64,000 bases of DNA, taken from Sinomonas atrocyanea (lineage in GTDB: Bacteria; Actinomycetota; Actinomycetes; Actinomycetales; Micrococcaceae). The stretch spans positions 290,160 to 354,159 of the forward strand of contig NZ_JAUSTE010000003.1 of assembly GCF_030812675.1 (NCBI RefSeq). The letters are read 5' to 3'. The notes under the pieces were generated by a model that worked only from the letters and a program-made list of their open reading frames with translations, was not told the DNA's origin and did no database searches. Each line of letters begins with the position of its first letter. Positions within the stretch are counted from its first letter, which is position 1. The position numbers and the translations under genes were made by a program. Positions 36,423 through 45,266 of this stretch are shown here, one piece after another.

Positions 36423-37070
36423 TCAGCTGGCCTTCTCGTTGGCGAGGTCGATGATCCACTTGGGGGTATCGACGCGCAGCCGCCTGTCCAGGGTGACCCG
36501 GGCCTTCGCCGCGGCGATCTGGACGCGGCGGTCGCGGCTACTGGAGGACCGGCGCCGCACCGGGGCGGCGCCGTCGGACTTGGGGACCGGCGCCTTCTCC
36601 GTCATGCTCGTCGTCACTCTCCTCGATGCCTGTGCGGTCATCTCGCCTTCCCCGTCATTGTCCGGGCGCCCCGCGGCTCCGTCCACCACCCGGGATCCGG
36701 TATCGACGCCGCCCAGCGCCGACTCCGCTTCGAAGACCTCGAGGGGGTCGGCCGTGGCGACCTTGAGGAGCTCGAGCTCCTCCTCGGCGGCCAGCTTGCT
36801 GCGGCCGAGCACCTCGATGGCCTTCTGGCCCATTTCCGCCTGGTCAGGGTCGCTTGAAAGGGAGGAGTCAATGGCCCACTGCGCCCGTCGCCACCACTCG
36901 GCCTGATTGTCTGCCCGGCTCCGCTCCTTGAGGGTCTGCCACGCGATCCACGCCGCAATGATGGCCGCGAGCAGGGGAGCATAGGGCGCCAGCGTCTGCC
37001 ACCACGGGGCAGGGTCCGTGTGGACTACTACGTCCAGCGGACTTGGGCTGGGGATCGGCGGCACGCTCAC
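36423..37070 (-). CDS. hypothetical membrane-anchored protein
   Basis: N-terminal TM (LLAAIIAAWIAWQTL), an acidic middle region and a basic C-terminal tail. Confidence 0.4.
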   Translation of the reverse strand: MSVPPIPSPSPLDVVVHTDPAPWWQTLAPYAPLLAAIIAAWIAWQTLKERSRADNQAEWWRRAQWAIDSSLSSDPDQAEMGQKAIEVLGRSKLAAEEELELLKVATADPLEVFEAESALGGVDTGSRVVDGAAGRPDNDGEGEMTAQASRRVTTSMTEKAPVPKSDGAAPVRRRSSSSRDRRVQIAAAKARVTLDRRLRVDTPKWIIDLANEKAS

Positions 37071-37208
37071 AGCCTAGCGATCCGTCGCCTTGACCTCGGC
37101 GAGCGCTCCCGGCAGGTCCGCACGAACCGGTTCGCCTCGATCCTCGGGATGGAGCCCGGGCCATCCTCTGCTGGGCGACGGCGGTTTCGCCGGGGCCCTT
37201 GCCCTCGA

Positions 37209-37715
37209 TCAGACGGACGCGGCGAGTTCATAGGCGTACGGCGGGGATGCCCTCTGTGGGTCGAGCGGGGTCAGCACAGCGTGGGCACGGCTGCCGCTGC
37301 GATAGGTCGTGGACCACGACAACGTGCTGCCGTCCCCGCCCTTCTGCTCGGCCGTCCAGCCGTTGAGTGCGGCGCTCCGCGTGAAGTAGTCCGAGACGGT
37401 CTGGGGTGTCAGCGCGCTGGTGAAGTCGACCGTGCAGCGGCCGCCGCCGCGCGGGTCATCGAGCGCCGGGGTGCACTTCTGAGCGGTCCTGGTCGACCCC
37501 GGGGGCAGGTGGACGAAGAAGAGATCGGTGGCCAGGTTGTAGAGCTCATGCTCTGCGACGGCGGGCGAGGCCGGGGACGCCGTGCTGATCCGGCCCGCAC
37601 CGCCGGGCGCTGCCTGGAGGCCGGCCGCCGTGGTGCAGCCCGTGAGAACGATCGCTACGGATATGGCCAGCGTTGCTGAGCCCCAGCCCCTGTTCATCCT
37701 CCGGATGACCCCCAT
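37209..37715 (-). CDS. lipoprotein of unknown function
   Basis: LAISVAIVLTGC lipobox after MGVIRRMNRGW, with a GGAGGA RBS. The longer ORF reaching 38075 is unlikely to be real. Confidence 0.5.
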   Translation of the reverse strand: MGVIRRMNRGWGSATLAISVAIVLTGCTTAAGLQAAPGGAGRISTASPASPAVAEHELYNLATDLFFVHLPPGSTRTAQKCTPALDDPRGGGRCTVDFTSALTPQTVSDYFTRSAALNGWTAEQKGGDGSTLSWSTTYRSGSRAHAVLTPLDPQRASPPYAYELAASV

Positions 37716-38084
37716 GGCGGGAGCATATTCCTCCGACCTCCCGCAGTGAAGGAGGAGGAGCAGCGCCGGCTGGCAACGGCTATGCCCGGCAGCCCCGGAC
37801 CGAGCGAGATGACGGGCATGAATGCCCTTCTGCGGGGTGCGGATCCGACGGTAGCCTCCTGCGCACCGGGCCTGTGGACCGCCGGCCCCCTTCGAGACGC
37901 AGGTGGCGGTGCTGATGGATGTCGCCGACATGGATGCCGTCATGGCCGCCCGGGCAGCTGCCGAGGCCATGGAGTATGACGGCGTGCTGGCTGAGACCAT
38001 GGTGATCCTCGTCGAGGAGTAGCCGCTGCCGATTCCGGGAGGCCGCGCGGTATCCCGGCCCCGCCCGACGACCACTGGGACCCT

Positions 38085-38606
38085 TCAGGAACCGGTGAGG
38101 AATGAGACCTTGGTGATCGACTGGCGGTAGGCCTGGATCACGTCGTCAAGGGGCACGTTCCCGAGCGACAGGGAGAGCTGCAGTCCCTCCAGCTCTCCAA
38201 GGCATGCCTCTGCCGCGCTCACCTGGGAGGCGACGTTGGCTGAGTTGGCCAGGTTGGTCGCTACGGCGGCGGCGACCGAGAGCAGGACCGCAGCCAGGCA
38301 GAGGACACGCCAGACAATGGAGTCGTCGGGAAGCGCGAACAGGTTCTTCACCGCATCGGTGAACCTGCTTCCTCCGGCCGCGGGACCAACGGTGAAGGCT
38401 GCGGCCAGGGAACTGCCGACAATGCTGATATTGGTCAGGCGGCTCCGTCGCGGACGGGCACGGCGGAGGAAATCCCGGATCGTTCCCCGCCGCTCCTCAA
38501 TCCGGGCGGACAGCTCACTGCGGGCGCCGGCGTCCTCGTCCATGTCCAACCTCCATGGTGAGTGGTAGTCGAGGATCGCTCCCAGTGTGTCAGCGGCGAT
38601 GTGCAA
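38085..38606 (-). CDS. hypothetical two-TM membrane protein (SLATT-like topology)
   Basis: Arg-rich helix, then TM1 (ISIVGSSLAAAFTVGPAAG), TM2 (VLCLAAVLLSVAAAVATNLA) and a C-terminal helix. The topology resembles SLATT-type effector modules; this is an inference only. Confidence 0.35.
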   Translation of the reverse strand: MHIAADTLGAILDYHSPWRLDMDEDAGARSELSARIEERRGTIRDFLRRARPRRSRLTNISIVGSSLAAAFTVGPAAGGSRFTDAVKNLFALPDDSIVWRVLCLAAVLLSVAAAVATNLANSANVASQVSAAEACLGELEGLQLSLSLGNVPLDDVIQAYRQSITKVSFLTGS

Positions 38607-38826
38607 TGTATACGGGACATCCCAGTCGCAGACTTGGCCGCCGGGCCACGACCTGTTGGCGGCACTCGACGTCGACGGTGTGCTCCTCGGCCGCGCCGCG
38701 CGGGCACAGAGCGATCGGATTCTCTCATCGCCCTCGAGGCGAGAAACCAGGGCCAGCGAGGAGGGCGTCCACGCCTGGATGCCCTCCTCGCTGGCTGCGG
38801 CACCGTCCTCGGAGTCTGCAGCCAGC

Positions 38827-39332
38827 TTAAGCGAGGGCGGCGCAGACGTTGACCGACTGCCCGGACTGCGAGACGACAGAGAGCGTGTTCTGGCCGCTGG
38901 CGTCGGTGGTGACGACGAGTCGGCCGGTGTACTGGATCACCCGGGGGCCGGTTGCGTCAGTGTTGAAGTAGACGTACCCGTTGTGACCTGAGAGGTAGAC
39001 GGTCTGGGTGCCGTCGGCGTTCTGCACGAAGCGGTCGACCGAGCCTGCGGTGTTCACAGCGTAGGTCTTCCCGTTCGTCAGATTGCGATAGGTGAGCACG
39101 ACTCCCTTCCCGACTTGGAAGACGTCTCCGGTCTTGAAGGTGATCACTGTGAGCTTGCCGTTGGTGCCGGTGATCTCAAGGGGGAAGGAGCACCCATTGC
39201 CAGCAGCGATGGTAGCGCTCCATTCCTGAATGGTGGGCGGTCTGGACACAGCAGCCGAGGCAGGCTGTGCGACGAGAAGGACGGCCGCGACCGCGGCGAG
39301 GGGCGAGAGCCGGCGGGTGGTCTTACGGACAT
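38827..39332 (-). CDS. secreted hypothetical protein with an apparent frameshift within the first codons
   Basis: The mature-domain frame encodes a classic Sec signal (VRKTTRRLSPLAAVAAVLLVAQPASA|AVSRPP) but has no start codon after a TGA. The only RBS-supported ATG (39330-39332, with GAGGAG) is in the +1 frame. Confidence 0.4.
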
Positions 39333-39487
39333 GATTCTCTCCTCAAATGGGCAAGGCGGCGGCGGAAAGGCAGATGGGCGGGCGGTGGGTGCCGCCCGTG
39401 GGCGCAGTCTGCGCGCGTCACCGGGCCGCCCTCCGCTCGGGAGCGCCGCCCGGTGGCATCAGTTTCACCGAAGCCACAACCGGGGGA

Positions 39488-39509
39488 GAATACGCAGTTG
39501 TGCGTATGC
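39488..39509 (+). promoter_or_regulatory. 22-bp palindromic operator-like repeat GAATACGCAGTTGTGCGTATGC, copy 1
   Basis: ATACGCA-GTTG-TGCGTAT inverted repeat, 150 bp upstream of the secreted-protein gene (38827-39332, -) and just 3' of the luxR-family gene. Confidence 0.5.
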
Positions 39510-39548
39510 GCCGGGGTCTGCCGCCCCCGGATCTTGGGCGCCGGCCCA

Positions 39549-40286
39549 TCAGGTCGGCTGGCGCCCCTCGCGCAGCGTCCTGAGGGCATCGACCCGGTTC
39601 GTGCAGCCGAGCTTCGCGTAGGCGTGCTCCAAGTGCTTCGCCACCGTCCGCGGGCTGATTCCGAGCAGATGGGCTGCGGCCCCGCTGGTGAGCCCCTTGG
39701 AGACGAGCTCCAGGATCTCCAGCTCCCGCGCAGTCAATTCTTCGCACGCGGCGGAGTTTCCCGGACGGTCCCCGAAGCCTCCGGAAAAGGCCGCGTCGAC
39801 CAGCCTCAGCACCGGTTGGATGCGCCGTGCGACGTCCATCTCGTGGTCGGTGAAGTCGACTCCTGCCCGGTTCATCGCCCACCCGCGGATACTGAACCTC
39901 GAGGGCCTCGCGACCAAGAAGGCAAGCTGACGGTTCGACCCGAGGGGCTCGAGGCCCTCCTTGTAGGCGCGGGTGCGGTAGAGCTGCCGGTCCGTGACGA
40001 GGTCGCTGAGCCGCCGCGGCTGCCAGACCCCGGCGCCGCCGTCGCCGACGTAACTGCGGACCAAAGGGTGGTCCTCCCACACGTCCAGCAGGATCTGTGA
40101 CACATCCGGGTACGGGCGATCGGGGTACGGGCGGACCTCGGCGCTGGGTGCCTGGACATCGAGCACGTTCCACGCCACGTTCTCGCCGGGGAAGAGCTCG
40201 AGCAGCAGCTCGCTGGCTGCGCGCAGGTATTCGCCTCTGCCGCAGAGCTCCAGGAGCTCTCCCGCCAGCTTCGCATCTGGCTCCAT
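39549..40286 (-). CDS. LuxR-family transcriptional regulator
   Basis: C-terminal HTH LTARELEILELVSKGLTSGAAAHLLGISPRTVAKHLEHAYAKLG. The N-terminal domain is unassigned. Confidence 0.7.
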   Translation of the reverse strand: MEPDAKLAGELLELCGRGEYLRAASELLLELFPGENVAWNVLDVQAPSAEVRPYPDRPYPDVSQILLDVWEDHPLVRSYVGDGGAGVWQPRRLSDLVTDRQLYRTRAYKEGLEPLGSNRQLAFLVARPSRFSIRGWAMNRAGVDFTDHEMDVARRIQPVLRLVDAAFSGGFGDRPGNSAACEELTARELEILELVSKGLTSGAAAHLLGISPRTVAKHLEHAYAKLGCTNRVDALRTLREGRQPT

Positions 40287-40619
40287 CGCGCGCCTCCCCG
40301 GATCCTTGATGGATGATCGGACGCGCATGAGGGTAGAAATAGGGTCGAAGGGGCACAAGGGCGCATCGTCCTGACCGAGGACCCACGCCGGGCGAGGCGC
40401 CGGTGGCGGACGCGGATGGGGGCACCTTACTGAGACTTGACGTCCGGTTGGCGCCTCTGAGGCCGCGGACAACCGAACCCGCAGTCTCGGAGCTGTGACT
40501 GGGCCGCGAATCATCGTCGCGGGCCTTGCCAAAGCGCACCGTCCCGGCGCGGGGGCGAAGGTGAGCAGGGCGGCGGACGCCGGGGAGGCCAAGCCGTCAC
40601 CGGTAGGGAGAGGCCTGCG

Positions 40620-40943
40620 TCAGCCGGTCCGAGCAGCACTCCCTTCCGCGACTGAGTAGTCGAGCAGGACTGCACCGCCCGTGGCGTAGTTCGGCACATC
40701 AGCACCGACCGCCTGTCCTTCCGGTGAGGCCATCGCCTGTCGGAAGACGTCGATATTGGCGAAGTCGCACTCGAACACGGCGAAGTATGGCGCTCCGTCC
40801 GGGCCGGGGGAGACGTCGAGGGAGTACCTGTAGCCGAGGATGCCTGGGATCTTGGCGATGAGCGGCAGATGGGTCGACTCGTAGTAATCGGCGAAGGCCT
40901 GCCGGTCTGCAGGCTCCGGGTAGAGGACGAGCAGCTTGTGCAT
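40620..40943 (-). CDS. EthD-family protein
   Basis: MHKLLVLYPEPADRQAFADYYESTHLPLIAKIPGILGYRYS is typical of the EthD/dimeric alpha-beta barrel family. Confidence 0.5.
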   Translation of the reverse strand: MHKLLVLYPEPADRQAFADYYESTHLPLIAKIPGILGYRYSLDVSPGPDGAPYFAVFECDFANIDVFRQAMASPEGQAVGADVPNYATGGAVLLDYSVAEGSAARTG

Positions 40944-41048
40944 GCGAGTGCCTTCCGTGCGTCTTCCGGCTCGGGATGTCCGAGCGCGGCCCCCGGCGGT
41001 CCCCGTAGGACCATGGTCCCGCCGCACTCCGGGAAGGTGAATACGCAG

Positions 41049-41070
41049 TTGTGCGTATGCCGTGCGCAGC
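41049..41070 (+). promoter_or_regulatory. 22-bp palindromic operator-like repeat GAATACGCAGTTGTGCGTATGC, copy 2
   Basis: Identical 22-mer, 105 bp upstream of the EthD-family gene (40620-40943, -). Confidence 0.5.
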
Positions 41071-41169
41071 CGCATCGCGCTTCTGAGGGCGGTCGCGGGG
41101 CCTGCCGCCGGGTCTCCCGCCCCGGTAGCATGGCGGGCGACTGGCGAAGCAGCGGAAGGGGACCGTGTC

Positions 41170-41376
41170 ATGCAGTACGTCGTCTTGCAGGTGATCCTGA
41201 AGGAGAAGCTCTGGGGGACCGGGTCGGGGAACCTGACCGAGCTCGAGAAGGTCATCAACAACCAGGCCGCCAAGGGCTACCGGCTCCACACCATCACCAC
41301 TGCCAGCAGCGGCAGCAAGGGCTTCGGGGGCGGTGACCGCATCCAGGCGACGATGGTGTTCGAGAGCCTCGCCTAG
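41170..41376 (+). CDS. small DUF4177-like protein
   Basis: MQYVVLQVILKEKLWGTGSGNLTELEKVINNQAAKGYRLHTI fits the DUF4177 pattern. Confidence 0.4.
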   Translation: MQYVVLQVILKEKLWGTGSGNLTELEKVINNQAAKGYRLHTITTASSGSKGFGGGDRIQATMVFESLA

Positions 41377-41450
41377 CCGGCAGGGAGGGGCCGTTGAACG
41401 CGAAGAAGCCCCTCCTGTCTGCGTTTCCGCAGACCAGAAGGGGCTATCTG

Positions 41451-41523
41451 AGCCTCCTAGCAGGATCGAACTGCTGACCTTCTCATTACGAGTGAGACGC
41501 TCTACCGTCTGAGCTAAGGAGGC
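41451..41523 (-). tRNA. tRNA-Thr (anticodon CGU)
   Basis: Reverse complement GCCTCCTTAGCTCAGACGGTAGAGCGTCTCACTCGTAATGAGAAGGTCAGCAGTTCGATCCTGCTAGGAGGCT folds as a cloverleaf with a 7-bp acceptor stem, a TTCGATC T-loop and anticodon loop CTCGTAA. Confidence 0.8.
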
Positions 41524-41747
41524 GTTCCAGCGGTCCGCCGTTCGTCGAACCACCGAGAGACAACTGTAGTCGAGCGCCTCGGCCGGGGTCAAAACGGGCC
41601 GCGGGCTGCCAGCGGCGTTCTGGCCCGCGCGCCCGGAAGCTGTTCACCGAGCGTACCCGGCGCGTTCAGGCGCCTGACCGCGGCGGCTGGGATGCTCGGC
41701 AGACCCCGGCCAGGAGGAGTGCCGGCAAGAGGAACGAGGTCCCATCC

Positions 41748-42464
41748 GTGACGCTGCACCTGCGGCCGGCTCCCGAGCGCACGCCACGCCTTGCCGTGCT
41801 GGACATGAACGGCACCACCGTGACGGACGGCGGGGCCGCCGAACACGCAGTCGAACAGGTGCTGCACGCGTGCGGAGTGGAGGGGCAGCGGCTCGCGGAC
41901 GCGCTCGCGCAGTCCCGCCGCAGCGCAGGCCTGGACCGCGCGGAGCTCTTCTCCCGCGTCTTCACGGACGACGGCGGCACCGCCCGGGCGGCCTCGCGCG
42001 CCTTCTCGGACGCGTACGACGCGATGATCGCGGCCGGGGCCGTGGCGGCCGTCCCGGGGGCCGAGGAGACCGTGCACCTGCTGCGGGAGCGCGGCGTCAA
42101 GGTGTGCTTCGCGACCGGGTTCGGGCGCCACACCCAGAACAGCGTCCTCGAGGCGCTCGGCTGGATGGGCCTGGCCGACCTCTCACTCTGCTCCGAGGAC
42201 GCCGGCCGCGGCCGCCCCTATCCGGACATGGTCCTCACGGCGGTCCTGGCACTCGATGTCGAGGACGTCCGCGACGTCGTCGTGGTCGGCGACACCGAGG
42301 CCGACATCGTCTCGGGCCGGCGGGCGGGCGCGGGCGGCGCGGTCGGCGTCCTCACGGGAGCGCAGACCGCCGGCGAGCTGCGCGCCGCCGGAGCCGACGC
42401 CGTCGTGCCCTCGATCGCGGACCTGCCCGGGCTGCTCTGGCCCGACGAGCCGGCCCAGCGCTGA
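41748..42464 (+). CDS. HAD-IA family hydrolase
   Basis: LAVLDMNGTTV (motif I), KVCFATG and VVVGDTEADIVSGRRAGA (motif IV). Confidence 0.6.
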   Translation: MTLHLRPAPERTPRLAVLDMNGTTVTDGGAAEHAVEQVLHACGVEGQRLADALAQSRRSAGLDRAELFSRVFTDDGGTARAASRAFSDAYDAMIAAGAVAAVPGAEETVHLLRERGVKVCFATGFGRHTQNSVLEALGWMGLADLSLCSEDAGRGRPYPDMVLTAVLALDVEDVRDVVVVGDTEADIVSGRRAGAGGAVGVLTGAQTAGELRAAGADAVVPSIADLPGLLWPDEPAQR

Positions 42465-42489
42465 GCCGGCCCGGCGCTGAGCCGTCCGG

Positions 42490-44115
42490 TCAGCAGCGGG
42501 TGCCGTCGGTGGGCGCCTTCCGGTCCACGAGGTAGGAGTCCACAGCGTTGTCCACGCAGGTCGAGCCGCGCCCGTAGGCGGTGTGCCCCTCGCCCTTCCA
42601 CGTCAGGAGGGCAGCGTTGCCGAGCTGCTTGCGGAGGTTCCCGGCCCACTCGTACGGGGTCGCCGGGTCGCCGGTCGTGCCCACCACGAGGATCGGGCTC
42701 TGCCCCGTGTAGTGCGCGGGGGCGGGGGTGCGGACAGGCTTGTACGGCCAGTCGCGGCAGTTGACCCCGCCGTAGGCGAAGAACTCCCCGAGCGTCGGCG
42801 AGTCCTGCTTGAGCTGGGCCGCCTCGGCGCGCATTGCGGCGGGGGAGGCGTCCGTGGAGTAGTCGAGGCAGTTGTACGCCATGAAGGCGAAGTTGCTGTT
42901 GGAGCTGTAGCTCCCGTCCTGCTCGCGGTCCGCGGCGATGTCCGCGAGCCGGAGCATGCCGCTGCCGTCGCCCTTGAACGCGCCCACGAGCGCCTGGGTC
43001 AGGGCCGGCCAGTTCTTGTCGTTGTACAGCGGCAGGATGAAGCCGTTGACGAAGTCCGTGGCGTTGATGGTGCGGCCGCTGTTGGTGTGCAGCGGGCTCT
43101 GCCGCACGGTCGCGAGCAGGGCCTGGATCTTCGCCACCCCGGCGTCCTCCGACCCGGAGAGCGGGCAGTCGGACTGCGTGAGGCACGAGCGCACGTACGC
43201 GTGCACGGCGGCCTCGAAGCCCCGCGCCTGGCCGCGCGTGATCTCGTGGTTGTCGAGCGAGGGGTCCAGCGCGCCGTCGAGCACCATGCGGCCCACGCGG
43301 TCCGGGAACAGGGTCGCGTAGGTCGAGCCTAGGAACGTGCCGTAGGAGTAGCCGAGGTAGTCGAGCTGCACCTGCCGGGAGGCCGCAGCCCGGATGATGT
43401 CCATGTCCTTGGCCGCGCTGACGGTGTCGGTGTGGGCGAGCATGGGCCCGCTGTGCGCCTCGCACGCGTCGATGAGCTTCTTCTGCTCCGCGAATGTCGC
43501 CGCGAGGCCGGCGTCGGTGCCGGGGTCGGCGGTGAACTCCCGCAGCGCGTCCCGCTCCTGGTCGCTCACGCACGTCACCGGTGCCGAGCGCTTGACGCCG
43601 CGCGGATCGAAGCCGATCACGTTGTAGGAGTCGAGGAGCTTCGCGGAGAACATGGTCTGGGCCGAGTCCTTGACCATGTCGTACCCGGACCCGCCCGGAC
43701 CGCCGGGGTTGACCAGGAGGCTCCCCTTGGCGTTGCGCCCGTTGAGGCGGATGAGCGCGAGGTCGGCGGTGTCGCCGCCCGGGTTGGCGTAGTCGACCGG
43801 CACCTTGACGGTGGTGCAGTCGAACTTGCCGCCCTCGCACGGGCTCCACTGCGCGTTCTGCGTGTAGAACTTCTCCAGGCCCGCGGGGGCGCCCTGGGTG
43901 GCGGCGGGATCGCTGCCAGGCTGCGAGCCGCCCGCGGACGGGGTGCAGCCGGTGAGGACCAGGAGGGCCGTCACGATCGCGGCCAGCGCTGCCGCGGCGC
44001 TGGCGTGCCGCGGCCTCTCGCGCACGACGCCGCCCCGCACCGTCCGCAGGCGGGCTGCGGCGGCGCTGGGGCCCGGGCGGGAGCCGGCGGGGCGCGGGGA
44101 AGCAGGGAACGTCAC
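42490..44115 (-). CDS. secreted alpha/beta hydrolase, tripeptidyl-aminopeptidase (S33)-like lipoprotein
   Basis: LVLTGC lipobox, GYSYGTFLG nucleophile elbow, 541 aa as is typical of actinobacterial TAP-like peptidases. Confidence 0.7.
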   Translation of the reverse strand: MTFPASPRPAGSRPGPSAAAARLRTVRGGVVRERPRHASAAAALAAIVTALLVLTGCTPSAGGSQPGSDPAATQGAPAGLEKFYTQNAQWSPCEGGKFDCTTVKVPVDYANPGGDTADLALIRLNGRNAKGSLLVNPGGPGGSGYDMVKDSAQTMFSAKLLDSYNVIGFDPRGVKRSAPVTCVSDQERDALREFTADPGTDAGLAATFAEQKKLIDACEAHSGPMLAHTDTVSAAKDMDIIRAAASRQVQLDYLGYSYGTFLGSTYATLFPDRVGRMVLDGALDPSLDNHEITRGQARGFEAAVHAYVRSCLTQSDCPLSGSEDAGVAKIQALLATVRQSPLHTNSGRTINATDFVNGFILPLYNDKNWPALTQALVGAFKGDGSGMLRLADIAADREQDGSYSSNSNFAFMAYNCLDYSTDASPAAMRAEAAQLKQDSPTLGEFFAYGGVNCRDWPYKPVRTPAPAHYTGQSPILVVGTTGDPATPYEWAGNLRKQLGNAALLTWKGEGHTAYGRGSTCVDNAVDSYLVDRKAPTDGTRC

Positions 44116-44123
44116 GGGTCTCC

Positions 44124-45266
44124 TCAGATCAGGGCAACGGCCATCGCCTCGACCGCGAGCAGCGGGGCGACGTTCGTGGTGGTGATGCGTTGACGGGTGG
44201 TGTTGATGGCGTCCATGCGGGCCAGGGTGGCCTCGGGCGTGGACTGCGCGGCGAACGCCCGGATGTCCTCGGCCAGCTCGGCGTTGACCGGCTCGAGGCC
44301 GCCGTCGAGCTGGACCATCAGCACGTCCCGGTAGAACGAGAGCAGGTCGGTGAGGGTGCGGTCCAGGGAGTCCGTCACCGAACGCTTGGCCCGGCGCTTC
44401 TGGTCCTCCTCGAGCTGGCGGACCTGCGCGCGCAGCGAGGGCGGCAGCTTGTCGCCCTCGGCCACCCCGAGGGTCTCGAGCAGCCGGGCCCGCTCCGCGG
44501 CATCGCGCTCGTCATTGGACGCGTTCGCTTCTTCGGTGGCGATCTTCACGAGCTGTTCGGCGAGGGCCACGGCCTGGGAGACGGTGGCGAGCGCCAGCGG
44601 CGCGCGCACGGTGTCGGTGCGCCGCTGCCGCGCTGTGGGGTCATTGGCGAGCCGTCGGGCGATCCCGATGTGGCTCTGGGCCGCCCGGGCCGCCTCGAGC
44701 GCGAGGTGCGCGTCGGCGCCGTCGCGCTCCACGAGCAGCGCGGCGACGTCCTGCACCGGCGGCAGGCGCAGGCCCACCGGGCGGCAGCGCGAGCGGATGG
44801 TCACGAGCACGTCGGCGGGGGAGGGGGCGCACAGCATCCACACCGTGCGCGGGGTGGGCTCCTCGATGGCCTTGAGGAGCACGTTGGTGGTGCGTTCGGC
44901 CATGCGGTCGGCGTCCTCGACCACGATCACCCGGTAGCGGCCGGTCTGCGGGCGGTCGCCGGCCTTGGCGACCATCTCGCGGGCCTCGTCGATCGTGATC
45001 GTCACCTTCTCGGTCCGCACGAACTCGACGTCGGGATGGGTCTCGGCGAGGACCGCCTGGCAGCCGGGGCACTGCCCGCAGCCGCGCGCCATGACGTCGT
45101 CGGCCTCGCAGTTGAGGGCGGCCGCGAAGGCCTTGGCCGCCGTCGAGCGGCCTGAGCCCGGGGGGCCGGTGAACAGCCACGCGTGGGTGAGCCCGTCGCC
45201 GGCGGCGGCGCGGCGCAGCTGCTCGACCACGGGGGCCTGGCCGCGCAGCTCGTCCCAGACGCTCAT
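44124..45266 (-). CDS. holB: DNA polymerase III subunit delta-prime
   Basis: AWLFTGPPGSGRSTAAKAFAAALNC...GCGQCPGCQ zinc module plus RYRVIVVEDADRM. Its start overlaps the tmk stop (ATGA). Confidence 0.8.
   Translation of the reverse strand: MSVWDELRGQAPVVEQLRRAAAGDGLTHAWLFTGPPGSGRSTAAKAFAAALNCEADDVMARGCGQCPGCQAVLAETHPDVEFVRTEKVTITIDEAREMVAKAGDRPQTGRYRVIVVEDADRMAERTTNVLLKAIEEPTPRTVWMLCAPSPADVLVTIRSRCRPVGLRLPPVQDVAALLVERDGADAHLALEAARAAQSHIGIARRLANDPTARQRRTDTVRAPLALATVSQAVALAEQLVKIATEEANASNDERDAAERARLLETLGVAEGDKLPPSLRAQVRQLEEDQKRRAKRSVTDSLDRTLTDLLSFYRDVLMVQLDGGLEPVNAELAEDIRAFAAQSTPEATLARMDAINTTRQRITTTNVAPLLAVEAMAVALI

Noticed and set aside
36086-36857. ORFs in the 470-bp gap between the 35472-35948 and 36423-37070 genes
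   Set aside because: Arg/Pro-rich translations with no start or RBS support. The gap more likely holds structured non-coding sequence (tandem hairpins at 36093-36152).
37209-38075. 288-aa ORF as the full lipoprotein gene
   Set aside because: The N-terminal 120 aa are Ala/Arg-rich with no signal. The internal start at 37715 has an RBS and is followed immediately by a lipobox, so the shorter gene is preferred.
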